Positions 46,201 through 56,255 of a stretch of DNA of 64,000 nt are shown here, piece after piece. This DNA is from Nemertoderma westbladi. Its lineage: Eukaryota > Animalia > Xenacoelomorpha. Location of the stretch: NCBI GenBank assembly GCA_032718475.1, contig JAUCBJ010008828.1, positions 18,172 through 82,171 of the forward strand, in the 5' to 3' direction. Position numbers and translations under genes: made by a program. The notes below the pieces were generated by a model. That model did not search any database. It saw only the letters and a list, made by a program, of their open reading frames with translations, and was not told the origin of the DNA. Each line of letters starts with the position of its first letter. The stretch's first letter is position 1.

Positions 46201-47730
46201 AACAGCCCGAGTCAGGTAAGTGAGTCCGAACTACATGTCCAATTCAGTGATGTGAACGACACTGATCAATCTGAGATGGAAGGATTCTATACGGACGAGT
46301 TCTCCGACGAAAACGAATCCTGTTACTTAATAAACACCACCGCAGTGTATCGAGCACTCATGTATGAGAAAGACACAGACAGCGACCTCACCCTAACTAC
46401 TTCAGATCAACAACCATCTTGGAAAGCGCCAACTTCCAATATAGGAATCCGAGAATTTCCTGTAGTCCAGTTACGGGTCCACGGACCTCAGAAGAGCTAT
46501 ATAGTGAACGCCCTCCTGGACTCCGGTAGCACAGGAACATTCATCGATAAAGAACTAGCCGAAGTCATCTTTGCTGGACAACCCAAGTTCCGAACCAAGC
46601 TAAACATGTCAGGGATCATGCAGGTTTGGAATTCTACTGTAGCTGCCGACTATTATATAGGTGAGTTGTCCACTCCACAGGATAAACTAGGAGAATACAG
46701 TATAAGGTCAGTAAAAATGGTGGCAATAAAGAACTTCGCTACCACCCAAGTGGAACCTTATAATTGGGACGAAGATGATCATGCCCAACAACTTAACATC
46801 CCTAGATTCGACACCGATTATCCTGGAGTACAAATATTAATCGGTCAAAACGCGCATGAGGCGCTGGAGACATTAGAGAAACGACCTACTCAACCGCAAC
46901 CACTTCAGACCTATGCGGTAAGAACTAGAGTAGGTTGGTACCTTACTGGACCTTCCCGTAGAACGCTCAGAGAAAGACTGCTTCAAGATCGCGTCTGCCA
47001 GGTGAGTGAATGGGAAGATGATACTAGTGAGGGAGACGACCCAACTGAGGGAACACCATACTCCTCAGATAATGACGATATTAGCTCCAATGTAGATCAA
47101 TGGAGATATTGCCCCAAGAAGTTTAATCCAACTGACATCGCTTCCAGAGGAGCAACTCCTCAAGAACTGACAGATACTACAGACCGGTTAGGTGAACCCG
47201 ACTTCCTGAGTAAGGAGGATGAATGGCCTCCCCATCTTACTCCGACTGAGATTAGACCAGCCAAGGGAGCGGAGAAAGTTAAACCTAAAACCCGGACGGG
47301 TGGAGCGGAGTTATTTGAACCCGGGATAGATCTGTCGGTATTACATATTGCCAGGGACGACGCCGTGGATCTGGACCTCCCCACCGCGAGTGGATCCTTC
47401 ATGAAGATCAGAGAGAGCGATTGGAGCTCTGGAACATCAGACGTCTCGCAGGGACTCTCACCTCTCCTGCAGAGAGCGACGGACCACTATAGCTCCTGGA
47501 ATCGGCTTTGTAAGGCCGTCGTGTACTTAGAGCGATGTTTCTATCGTCACTATTCCAGGACGAAGAGGAAACCTGGAATTGTATTCGGGATGCAGCGACT
47601 CAATCGCCCAGCTGGTCGTTTGTGTTTACCGGAAGGGAATGGAGGACTCTCCGGAAACTGTGGAAGGCAAGATTCTCTTCCCACGACCACCTCCCTAATC
47701 CTTCAAACATCTAGGGACTCCATAACGTAA
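43255..47730 (+). CDS. gag: BEL/Pao Gag-protease polyprotein lacking RT, most of RNase H and integrase
   Basis: KFNGD..W..F, KLRYLIECLEG, CVLCDGPHRLNAC, CYNCLRRGHQRRTC, CAKCGAKHHILLH, ALLDSGS, then jumps to QWRYCP...NPTDIASRG; no YVDD. Confidence 0.9.
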   Translation: MSDTTQSLSDSLLDSVRMTVRQCLKKISDPDPSIEHPRSKSKSPPAVRKAIPTVVISDPRLVQHRRSIIGTRAQVKRDQEAAEPQQPASQELTSQRPDSSSSSDTVERTPERGAKMADKVYDERPTYEESTDATSSQEESEVTAEKPHKRDAIDIYLSDYQRFLGDDELRRRLEGLSPNSEGTKLVLDAIDVEMRAANQAKFDEQLRITRVQEEQVKKKRIEDRKAAAVAAAVAAAEAETKAAVAAAKAAAEAETKAAAAVAAAETKAAVAAAEAVAEAERKAAEAVAEAERRATEETTQLELENIQENQDCINKQLTASNMQMMNRSTPKRQGYTSSEEGDTTDTEGKGNRSRLSRRKRTFHRQKLPDLPPAVRRQLNNTNLGSAEPTDQIIKIERLPTIVDEPEIIRPVLEITPSVIDTPVLPETTSKFPLHSTKLPVPRRTAQETVQVLDPERNTPDLSPVVPRPPATTLATPASAVEWVDERRRGMDLLLGQMQETVQQFKGTVRESRLELQEVQQSIALERDKLVNTQKGIPPPSVTMCQPVRSEVSHAQGVEPTRIYTASEVETPIVNPIKGNYRPVDNDIPYRTDHNPRNLYTDNSILNNTMAQESFTRQMARTEARQAVKVGEIVKFNGDEMKWLPFNEYYKDNIQNSVLSNGEKLRYLIECLEGSPKSMALKFIGHPDGLRQVWDTLNIRYGNRTNIARYLYAKLMAPRKFLSSGIIEFSDEIQEICRQLDWLGKSHEYQNSMVVGALASTLPKGGVGTRWDKKVLYMMEQQQRDPTMADLMSFLDSEVKLQLIKQSREKTAESKVSEKPVSRRRVTPVCYTDDGESQTSQGEDSGKDTDRSYYVNKMPKGQVSKSESRPNDRREPVQKTLPTSPKRIQVRKPEERTSVHHIAQVKVSNIKPKCVLCDGPHRLNACDKFLRKSLKDRREVMWDKRLCYNCLRRGHQRRTCYSDARCAKCGAKHHILLHTEFERNSPSQVSESELHVQFSDVNDTDQSEMEGFYTDEFSDENESCYLINTTAVYRALMYEKDTDSDLTLTTSDQQPSWKAPTSNIGIREFPVVQLRVHGPQKSYIVNALLDSGSTGTFIDKELAEVIFAGQPKFRTKLNMSGIMQVWNSTVAADYYIGELSTPQDKLGEYSIRSVKMVAIKNFATTQVEPYNWDEDDHAQQLNIPRFDTDYPGVQILIGQNAHEALETLEKRPTQPQPLQTYAVRTRVGWYLTGPSRRTLRERLLQDRVCQVSEWEDDTSEGDDPTEGTPYSSDNDDISSNVDQWRYCPKKFNPTDIASRGATPQELTDTTDRLGEPDFLSKEDEWPPHLTPTEIRPAKGAEKVKPKTRTGGAELFEPGIDLSVLHIARDDAVDLDLPTASGSFMKIRESDWSSGTSDVSQGLSPLLQRATDHYSSWNRLCKAVVYLERCFYRHYSRTKRKPGIVFGMQRLNRPAGRLCLPEGNGGLSGNCGRQDSLPTTTSLILQTSRDSIT

Positions 47731-50700
47731 CAACATATGGAGTGGGTGTGTGACTCTATTATTTTATATTATTTTATTATTTTTATATTTCTGTATGTAT
47801 TACTATGTAATTTTATTATAATCGTTTTCTTTAATTTTATTCAGTAGAATGTTATTTTAGCGATTATTTAGTAGATTAGTGCAATATATATTCGCGTTTA
47901 TTATTTAATTACGTATATTATATTTAGTGCGACGGCGAAGAAATAATTCTTTTTCTCTTTCCTTACTGTCCGTATTATATTATAAATACGTAACTACAGT
48001 AAGATGAAATGTCCGTACTTATTAAAGTACAATAAAGCCACTACTATATTAAAGTATTATTGGTAGGCAGAGTATTAGGAATGCAAAGTTCAGATCCTCG
48101 TGTCTCAGCTAAACCAAGCTCTGGGTAGACCTTGGAAACGACTTGCCTCTTCACACTGACATTGCTTCGTGCGATATTGCTCTCATACCGTATATTAAAT
48201 AATACATATAGTAGCGTGATGTCCCTCTAACAGTAGCGTAAAACGCACATAAATCTGTTAAACCTTTTGACCATCTGTAATTCTAGTCGATTAAGATATC
48301 GCGGCACCCACCGATATACTTGAAAGACAAATTTTAGAATCAGTGGTTAACAAGTTCTGGAATAAATTGGTGCCCATCTCAAATATTAATTATTTAATAT
48401 TTGCAAATCTAATAAATCAAAATCTGTAAAATTCAGATCCTTCAACAATTCTAGTCAATTAAGATATCGTAGCATTTACCGATATTCTTAAAAAGACAAT
48501 TGTCATAGAATTAAGGATCTTGTGTCCCCAGACATGTTCTAGAATCAAAATATGTCAATTTAATTATCAAATAATAAAATTTCAGGGAATAAATTTAAAT
48601 TCATGCCTTTTAATGAATTTAATAAATTGCCATTTTTACGCAATTTATAACATTCCCAAAATTCCATTAATTAATAGATCAAGGGAGCGGAGATTTATCG
48701 TATTATGAGTATGAGTGTGCGAAGTCTCCCAAACATAGTCAATAGCCGATAAAATTCATAAAGTCATGTATAAAACAGGACATTGACTATTAAAGAATTA
48801 CTATTAAATAACATCCCAGATCTGTATGCATTGGAATTACCCTAATTCTACCGCTAGCTTTACATAATGTCACCATAGCAACAACCACGCTAGAATTAGA
48901 ATTGAGTTAAGAGAACAATAGAAAGCTTGTCCCATTGAATAGCATAGGGAATAAATAGTGCACTGATAGTATCCAAGGATACATAATAATACAGTGACAT
49001 TCTGGAAGGCATTGACTAACGGACAAGTGACCCGAGTGTGTGTAATTTGTGACAAGTTGTGTGTGTGGTATTTGTGAGTTTATAGGCGAATGTTACTACT
49101 AAGGTGTGTTTACAGTAGCGAGTCGCAATTGTGAAAGTAACCCTAACTCTCCAGTAAGAACCTGAGGTGTATCTAAGCCTTTGGGACGGACAGTCGAGTG
49201 ACTTGTGCCGGTTGTCGTTGTCGTTGTGCGGCTACGTCGTTGGCGAAAGTACAGCGGCGACGACACATCGGCGCTGAGGATCTCGTACTGTCCGGGGGTT
49301 GATTGGGGTAGGCAGCGACGCCCGCTCGCCTAAATATAAACTCATTATAATATGGATAAACTCATATATAGCAGATATGACGGAGTTGATAGAAGATGGT
49401 CTTAGTATCGGGGAGCGATATACTCTACTTTTACAAGCGTTTGTTGATAGCTTAATACGCGGCGACGTTAGTCCAACTGCTGAGGAGGACGATGGTCGTT
49501 ATATCGAACCGCCAATGTCCCAAGAGCAGCTCGCGCGAGTTGGACTATAGAAAATTCGCTGCTCGATATACGCAGAGTAATGGTACGTATATGGTCTTCT
49601 TAACTACTGGTCATCCTATCGATTTACATAATACGGACTATGTCGACTATATATCCTGCCCAGCGGAGTCGGAACCATAAACTGAAATTCGAATGCGAAA
49701 ATTCTATTCGAAATCGACTCGAAAGAAAAGACACTAAAGAAACAAATAAACGCGGTAACTCCAACGTATATTTGGAATTCTTGATAGAAGCATTGTAACA
49801 ACAAATAAATATCACCCGCGTTTCCCCTACCAGACGTGCGTCTTTGGTATTATTATGATAAATGCCCTAGACCCAACTAATAAACGGAAAGACATAAACA
49901 TCCACGGAAACGTTGTGTTAAACACAGTTGTGCTCGTTATATTTACTGGAGTTTCGAGCGAAACTTGTTTGACGTATCACCTATGCTCACTCGGCTCGAA
50001 CGATCCTGGAGTAAACCTACGATCAGAGTCCCGGAATACTCGGTCAAACCTCCTCATTCCTTAGTTGGACCTCAGACCTGCGATCCTGGTGGTGTCGCGG
50101 ATCCTCGCGGACTGTATTCACTGTTCAAAGATCTAGTGCTACCCTAACAATTAATCGGTAACACTCCGACAGTGATTTCTAGCTAGCCGCCCATCTTACC
50201 TAGCCGGATTGTGACGCGGACACCTAATATCACTATCCAACCGTATGGTCGTTACCGTTTAACGCGATACAACCCTTCATCAAGGTGAAGGAGAGCGTTG
50301 TACGAAACGAGTTAAACGCTATTCTATAAAGATCAAAAAAGAAACCTGCGTTTGTTCAGATCAACGTAAGTTATAACAGTAAGTCCAATCGATAAACGAA
50401 TTGGCCTTATCTCAGTTCGATTGGGAAATCTCGAATCTCTAAGAAGATATCAAGCTTAGAAAACCCTATTCTCTGCGAGAGTTTTGGATGAACGTATCCA
50501 GCTACGAGCGGAGGAAAATCAGCTCGAGGAGAAGCATATCGAAACGGCGGATACCCCGACCATAATCCTACACCTTCTGATGCAATCATATTGCACCCTT
50601 CACCCAGGATTTATAGCCCTCCTAGTAAAGTGGCTCGCCCCAAAGAGAAAAGGACTCTTGCTAGCCTCAAAAAACTGCGTAAACGCCGTCTGCGTAAGAA

Positions 50701-50777
50701 AGACTAACTGTTTAGAGTATCTTTATATTTTAGAAACTGTGATTTGTTATATTTTATAGACTTAAATCCCATTTTCT

Positions 50778-50785
50778 GGGAGCGG
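50778..50785 (+). promoter_or_regulatory. Polypurine tract of element B
   Basis: GGGAGCGG directly before TGTAAAAG. Confidence 0.75.
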
Positions 50786-52009
50786 TGTAAAAGCTTTTAC
50801 GTAATTAGCCGGTTATTATCCCCGTAAAGTACTCTGTGGTTGGTTTACCAGGCATAAAAAGGCCGTATCCTTGCTGTACTGGTGTTTTGGAGGACATAAA
50901 AGCCATTTCTTCTGTATTTGTACTTTAGAGGACATAATCTGCAATTTCGTGACGTAAAAGCTCGATACTCTTGAAAACAGTGTCGCTACCATGACGACGG
51001 CTAACGGCTGATATTGCCACGTTGCCCCATAGCCCTGCCTTCTGTATCTGCCAATAGGATTTGAGTTGGTTTTGATTTTGACCTATCACAGATCTACTGA
51101 ACTGAATTTCCTATCTGTATGCTCATTCTCTGTGGTGGGTGAGATCTTTGTAGAATAAGGGTAGCTGGTATTCTTATAGTTATTCTTATCAGTTTTTAGT
51201 GTTGTTGGTGATTCTAAGCCAGGAAGAACGGCTTTAGCCCTACACTAGTAGGCTTAATTATAAGGACATATATCCGTTATCTGCATTTATCACAACATAA
51301 CATACCATACCTAATCAAACAACCTGTGCATACTTTATATTGTTATACTGCTATTTACTGTCAGTTCTTCATAATATGGTTGATGAATTATTATATTTGG
51401 AATAACGATAAATAACCCCGAAACCCAATATTCTTGATATACCGAAGGTAGGAGAGAAGGGTTACATATAACAATTGTGACTTATGTTAAAGTGGTTTGA
51501 AGTGAATCTAATGTTATTTGATAGACCCTACATGATTCGGTCCGTGTTCCTTTTATATGTGACTAAAATCAGTGAAGATCGGCAGATTAGTGTGCAGTAT
51601 TGTGCAGCATTGTGTATGAGTGAGACTGATAACGAAGCATTTCCTAAAGAATGCGCCATATATGTGAATTGTAACTAAGCCATATCGTTGTGAGTAGTTT
51701 AAGTCATAACTCTGTTTATATAGATAGAGCGCCACGTCCTAAAGGAACTGTTAATATTCCCCGAAGGTGAATAATATTGTCAGAGATTATATAATACTGT
51801 CAGTCGAATAATACATTAGGCTTACATAGCAATACGATTAAGCTGTCGAAATCAATCTCCCGGGTATATCCAACGGGTGAATGATCGCGCACAGATTGGT
51901 TTCAACTAGTGTAGTGAATCAAATACTTGTTAGAGGCTAAAGCGATTTATTATCTAGAAGACATCCTAATTTGGCGGGTTAAACTGCCAAAGGTCTGAAA
52001 GCGCGAACA
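50786..52009 (+). repeat. 3' LTR of element B
   Basis: Direct repeat of 39697-40920, followed by TSD TACTG. Confidence 0.95.
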
Positions 52010-52014
52010 TACTG

Positions 52015-52908
52015 GCTCCAGAAGTCGAGGAAATCCTGCCAAGTACCTAACTGATCTAGACTTTGCTGATGACTTATGAGTACTCTCAGAATCATTAGAG
52101 GGAGCCCAACGGCTCCTCAGCTCATTAGAACATGCTGCTTCTAGTGTTGGTCTTTTTATTAACTCCAGAAAGACCAAAATTCTGACAGTTAACTTTGAAA
52201 GTCCTCAGCAAGTCTCTGATCGGATGAGCATAAGCTCAAAGGATGGTATGCTTGAGCATGTGGACGACTTCTGTTACCTGGGATCATGGATCAGGAAGTC
52301 AGGTGTGGACCTTCGAATACGTAAGGAAAAGGCATGGGCAGCCTTGAATAGGCTTTCCAGGATTTGGAAGTCACCGAGAATTAATCGGAAACTTAAGGTC
52401 CGATTATTTAGAGCAGCAGTAGTTCCAGTACTCCTCTATGGGAGTCCATGCTCTAACTGCTGAGGACACCAAATCTCTGGATGGAAAGACCCCTAGATCC
52501 CTTCCCATAATAAATCTCTGGATGGCACATTCACAAGAATGCTACGCCGGGTTCATTGTGTCAAGTACAATGCACACATCTCCAACCAGACACTATATAA
52601 CATTGGAGGTGTCTCATTGGTTCCCCCAAGCTTGACACTAGAACAAAATCGCCTCCGCTTTGCAGGACATTGCTTTCGCCGTGAGGACCAGCCAGTGCAT
52701 AATCTTGTACTTTGGCAGCCTCATGGTTTGAATTTTGACTTTCTTGAGACGCATCTTAAAGGACACTGGCCTTAAAGATGCGGATGATCTAGCAAATGTC
52801 ATGGGTGATAGGGAGTTGTGGCGGTGCAATTTTGTTGACAAGCCGGCACATCATTCTTAAAAATGTAGCTGCAATGCAGCATGCCGATCCTAGTAGTAGT
52901 AGTAGTAG
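52015..52908 (+). pseudogene. RTE LINE right part (continuation of 39138-39696) with (TAG)n tail
   Basis: DLDFADDL, DDFCYLGSW, RLRFAGHC; tagtagtagtagtagtag at ~52890-52908. Confidence 0.82.
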
Positions 52909-53306
52909 GTTGATACAACTAACTGTTATTGTAGATATGCATCCCCCCCATTATTGTTCGTGGATTTAATGTCTTATTATATTAGATATTATACTGTATT
53001 ATAATACAGTATAAATTAATTAGTATTTTCAGTCTTTTTCGCGGTACCCTAAAAGGAGGCATTCAGGCAGTTTTTCTGCTGTCAGACCGTAACAAAAAGG
53101 CCTATATACGCGTCCTGTCATTCTTGCCTTATTCAGTTCTTATTACTTATCGCGCCCTACTGCTCTATGTTTCCACAACCTACAGACGGCATGACTGGCT
53201 GAATTACTAAAATATAACAATTTATTATTATGTATTATTAAGTAAATAAGTTATTAAGTGTTGATATTATGTATATTATATGTAATGGAAGAATACAAGG
53301 ATACAG

Positions 53307-53810
53307 AAGTCACCGAGAATTAATCGGAAACTTAAGGTCCGATTATTTAGAGCAGCAGTAGTTCCAGTACTCCTCTACGGGAGTCCATGCTGGGCTCTAA
53401 CTGCTGAGGACACCAAATCTCTGGATGGCACATTCACAAGAATGCTACGCCGGGTTCATTGTGTCAAGTACAATGCACACATCTCCAACCAGACACTATA
53501 TAACATTGGAGGTGTCTCATTGGTTCCCCCAAGCTTGACACTAGAACAAAATCGCCTCCGCTTTGCAGGACATTGCTTTCGCCGTGAGGACCAGCCAGTG
53601 CATAATCTTGTACTTTGGCTGCCCCATGGAGTGAATAAGCATGGTGGACAGCCCATGACTTTCTTGAGACGCATCTTAAAGGACACTGGCCTTAAAGATG
53701 CGGATGATCTAGCAAATGTCATGGGTGATAGGGAGTTGTGGCGGTGCAATTTTGTTGACAAGCCGGCACAGCATTCTTAAAAATGCAGCTGCAATGCAGC
53801 ATGCCGATAC
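53307..53810 (+). pseudogene. Second copy of the RTE 3' end
   Basis: Near-identical to 52367-52888 but without its deletions (reads WALTAEDTKSLDG, GVNKHGGQP). Confidence 0.8.
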
Positions 53811-53821
53811 TACTACTACTA

Positions 53822-55446
53822 CTTGCTACTCTCTATCCATGATCCAAGGTACTGGAATTCAACGACCTTCCTTAGTTGATTATTATCAATGGTTGTCAAG
53901 TTTCCATCAACATTAAATGTCATGAATTCGGTCTTGGTAGCATTTATATGCAATCCAACCTCCTTAGCAGCCCTCTCCACTTTATTTAGTAGAAGCTGTG
54001 CATCTGCTAGCGTATTAGAGAGCAGGGCGATGTCATCCGCAAAGTCTGTGTCTGTGACTGTAGTTGCCGGATATCTACTACTTCTGCGTTCTTGAAGTGA
54101 GAATCCCAGATCTTCACCCTTTATTGATGTCCACATTGCGTAATCCAGCACAATTACAAATAGTAATGGTGCTAATGTGTTACCTTGCAGTACGCCAGCC
54201 AGGATTGAGAAAAACTCAGTTTCACCATCTGGTGAGAGTACCTGCGCTTCTGTGTCACAATGCCAGCAACAATTTCTTCTCGTATTCCATAAGCTCTTAT
54301 GATTTCAAGCATTTTACCTCTATGGATGGAGTCGAGTGCCTTCTTGAAGTCCACAAAAGTCAAGACTGCGGGGAGATTCTTTGACTTTATTCCTTCAATC
54401 CGTCTCCCTAATGCAAGTATCTGAGCTATTGTTGATCTACTTGGTCGAAATCCGTTTTGGCTCTTACGCAGTAGTTTATCTATGTGAGGCCTAATCCTAT
54501 ATAGAATCATTTTATTGTATATTTTGGCAGCTACCACAATCAGACAGATCCCACGATAGTTTGTTGGTATGCCGAGGTCTCCTTTCTTGGGGAGAGGCTT
54601 TAGTTGACCTTTAGTCCAAATTGGTGGTGGCTTTTCCCCTTTTAACATCCGGTTGCAAACATTCAATAATGGTCTGTTTAGCACTCCGGTTTTTCTGGGA
54701 TTTCATCTAATCCACTCGCTTTATTATTGGACATGATTTTAATGCTTCTTTGGAGTTCGGCAGCTGTGAAGTCCCCTGTTTCTATAGGTAGTGTCTTGTC
54801 ATATATTTTCCTTGTAGGGCTGACCTCGATGTTTGGTGGCTTCCCAAGCAAGTTGCTGAAGTATTTTTCCACTTCCCAACACGTTCTTCAGGACTATCGG
54901 CTTTGAGGCGCCCCTTTGCACAACTTCTCCAACCAGATACCTCATTTACAGTTTGCCAGGTAAGTCTTGATTGTTGCTGTATGTGAGCAGTTGTAATTGT
55001 TTCAGTTTTATCCTGTATGTACTTTTCCTGGCTGATGTTGCAGGCCAATTTAAGATCGTCCTTAGCTTTCTCAACCTTGTTAATGTTTTCGGTTGTTGGT
55101 TGTTCGGTTTTAACTTTATAGGCTATCTTAAGATCTTCTCTCTTACAAGTAACCTCAGAGTTTTGCAAGGGCACATACTGTTTTCGTTTGGGTTTCTGGG
55201 GGATATGCCTCTTAGCTGATTCCTTGTGGGCTGTTGTTTTATTCTGGTATATTGGGTCGGTGGATTGGTCTTCATCCATTGACTGAAGTGCTTCAAAGCG
55301 GTTTTGAATTTCTACTGTATAAGCATCCTTTACAGCATTGTCAGTTCTGAGTTTCTCCCAGTCATAGTTGATTTGCTTGCTTGTCCTGGGTTTGCTGGCT
55401 CTCAAACTGAGTCTGATCTCTGCAGTCGCAATTCTGTGTCCGAACC
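53822..55446 (-). pseudogene. Degraded internal fragment of the RTE family at 31970-35331
   Basis: High nucleotide identity to ~32500-34145 with frameshifts (ORFs 53819-54151, 54172-54684, 54782-55405). Confidence 0.88.
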
Positions 55447-56255
55447 TCTGGTTACTGATTTAAATTCTACTTATAGCGCTCATTAATTGCACTATGTAAA
55501 AATTAATCAAGCATAAAAAATATACAGTATATCTTTATCTATATCTATAGAGACTGATGTTTTGGTTCGTCAGCACCACTTTCGAGCAGTTTTAATGATT
55601 TCATAATATCTCCCAATTTCTTTAATGAAAATTATAAAAAACATGGGTTTATTAATTTTTTTTTAGTTTTGAATATTTTTTACAAAATTGCCAATTATCA
55701 GAAATAGAAAATGAAAATACTAAAAAATATGATGAAAATTATCATGTTTGTTCCAAAAAATGTTGTATCGAAAAATAAAAATGGAAAATAACGGAGGAGT
55801 AGTCTTTTTAGCTAAATGTATTAAATCTCATACCCGCCGATAGGGGGCGCCAAAATTTTTTTTAATCTTTATTTACTTTAGTTCATTCTCTTTTCGATGG
55901 TATATAGTTTTCTATGCATTTTTCAACCACATTAGAGATATAGACAAATATAAAAAAACACCAGGTGGGGTTACGCCCTCCCCCTCTCCCCCCCCCCCCC
56001 CCCCCATTAAGGAAGGAAACGTCCAATACAGTTACCCCAAAGGAAACCAATAACGGAAACCATAACGGGATAACCTGGACCCACGATCTGCCCTGAAGGT
56101 ATATTTATATCGAACTACTTGCTAAACGACGACGAGAGAGACGAGTTTGGTCTGGTGGTGGCGGAACGCTGCCCCAGTTTCAATGATGCCGAACCCTTCA
56201 TCAACCATATCGGGGGACGATTAACGCACTAACAAGATATCAATATACTCAACTA

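Larger units (their letters stand above)
39697..52009 (+). mobile_element. Non-autonomous BEL/Pao LTR retrotransposon, element B (12.3 kb)
   Basis: 1224-bp near-identical TG...CA LTRs, TSD TACTG (39692-39696 and 52010-52014), PPT GGGAGCGG. Confidence 0.93.
31232..53041 (+). repeat. Segmental duplication, copy 2 (expanded by RTE and BEL insertions)
   Basis: Starts ccaagaagtccaccagaattaaag as at 25849; homology resumes after each insertion. Confidence 0.8.
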
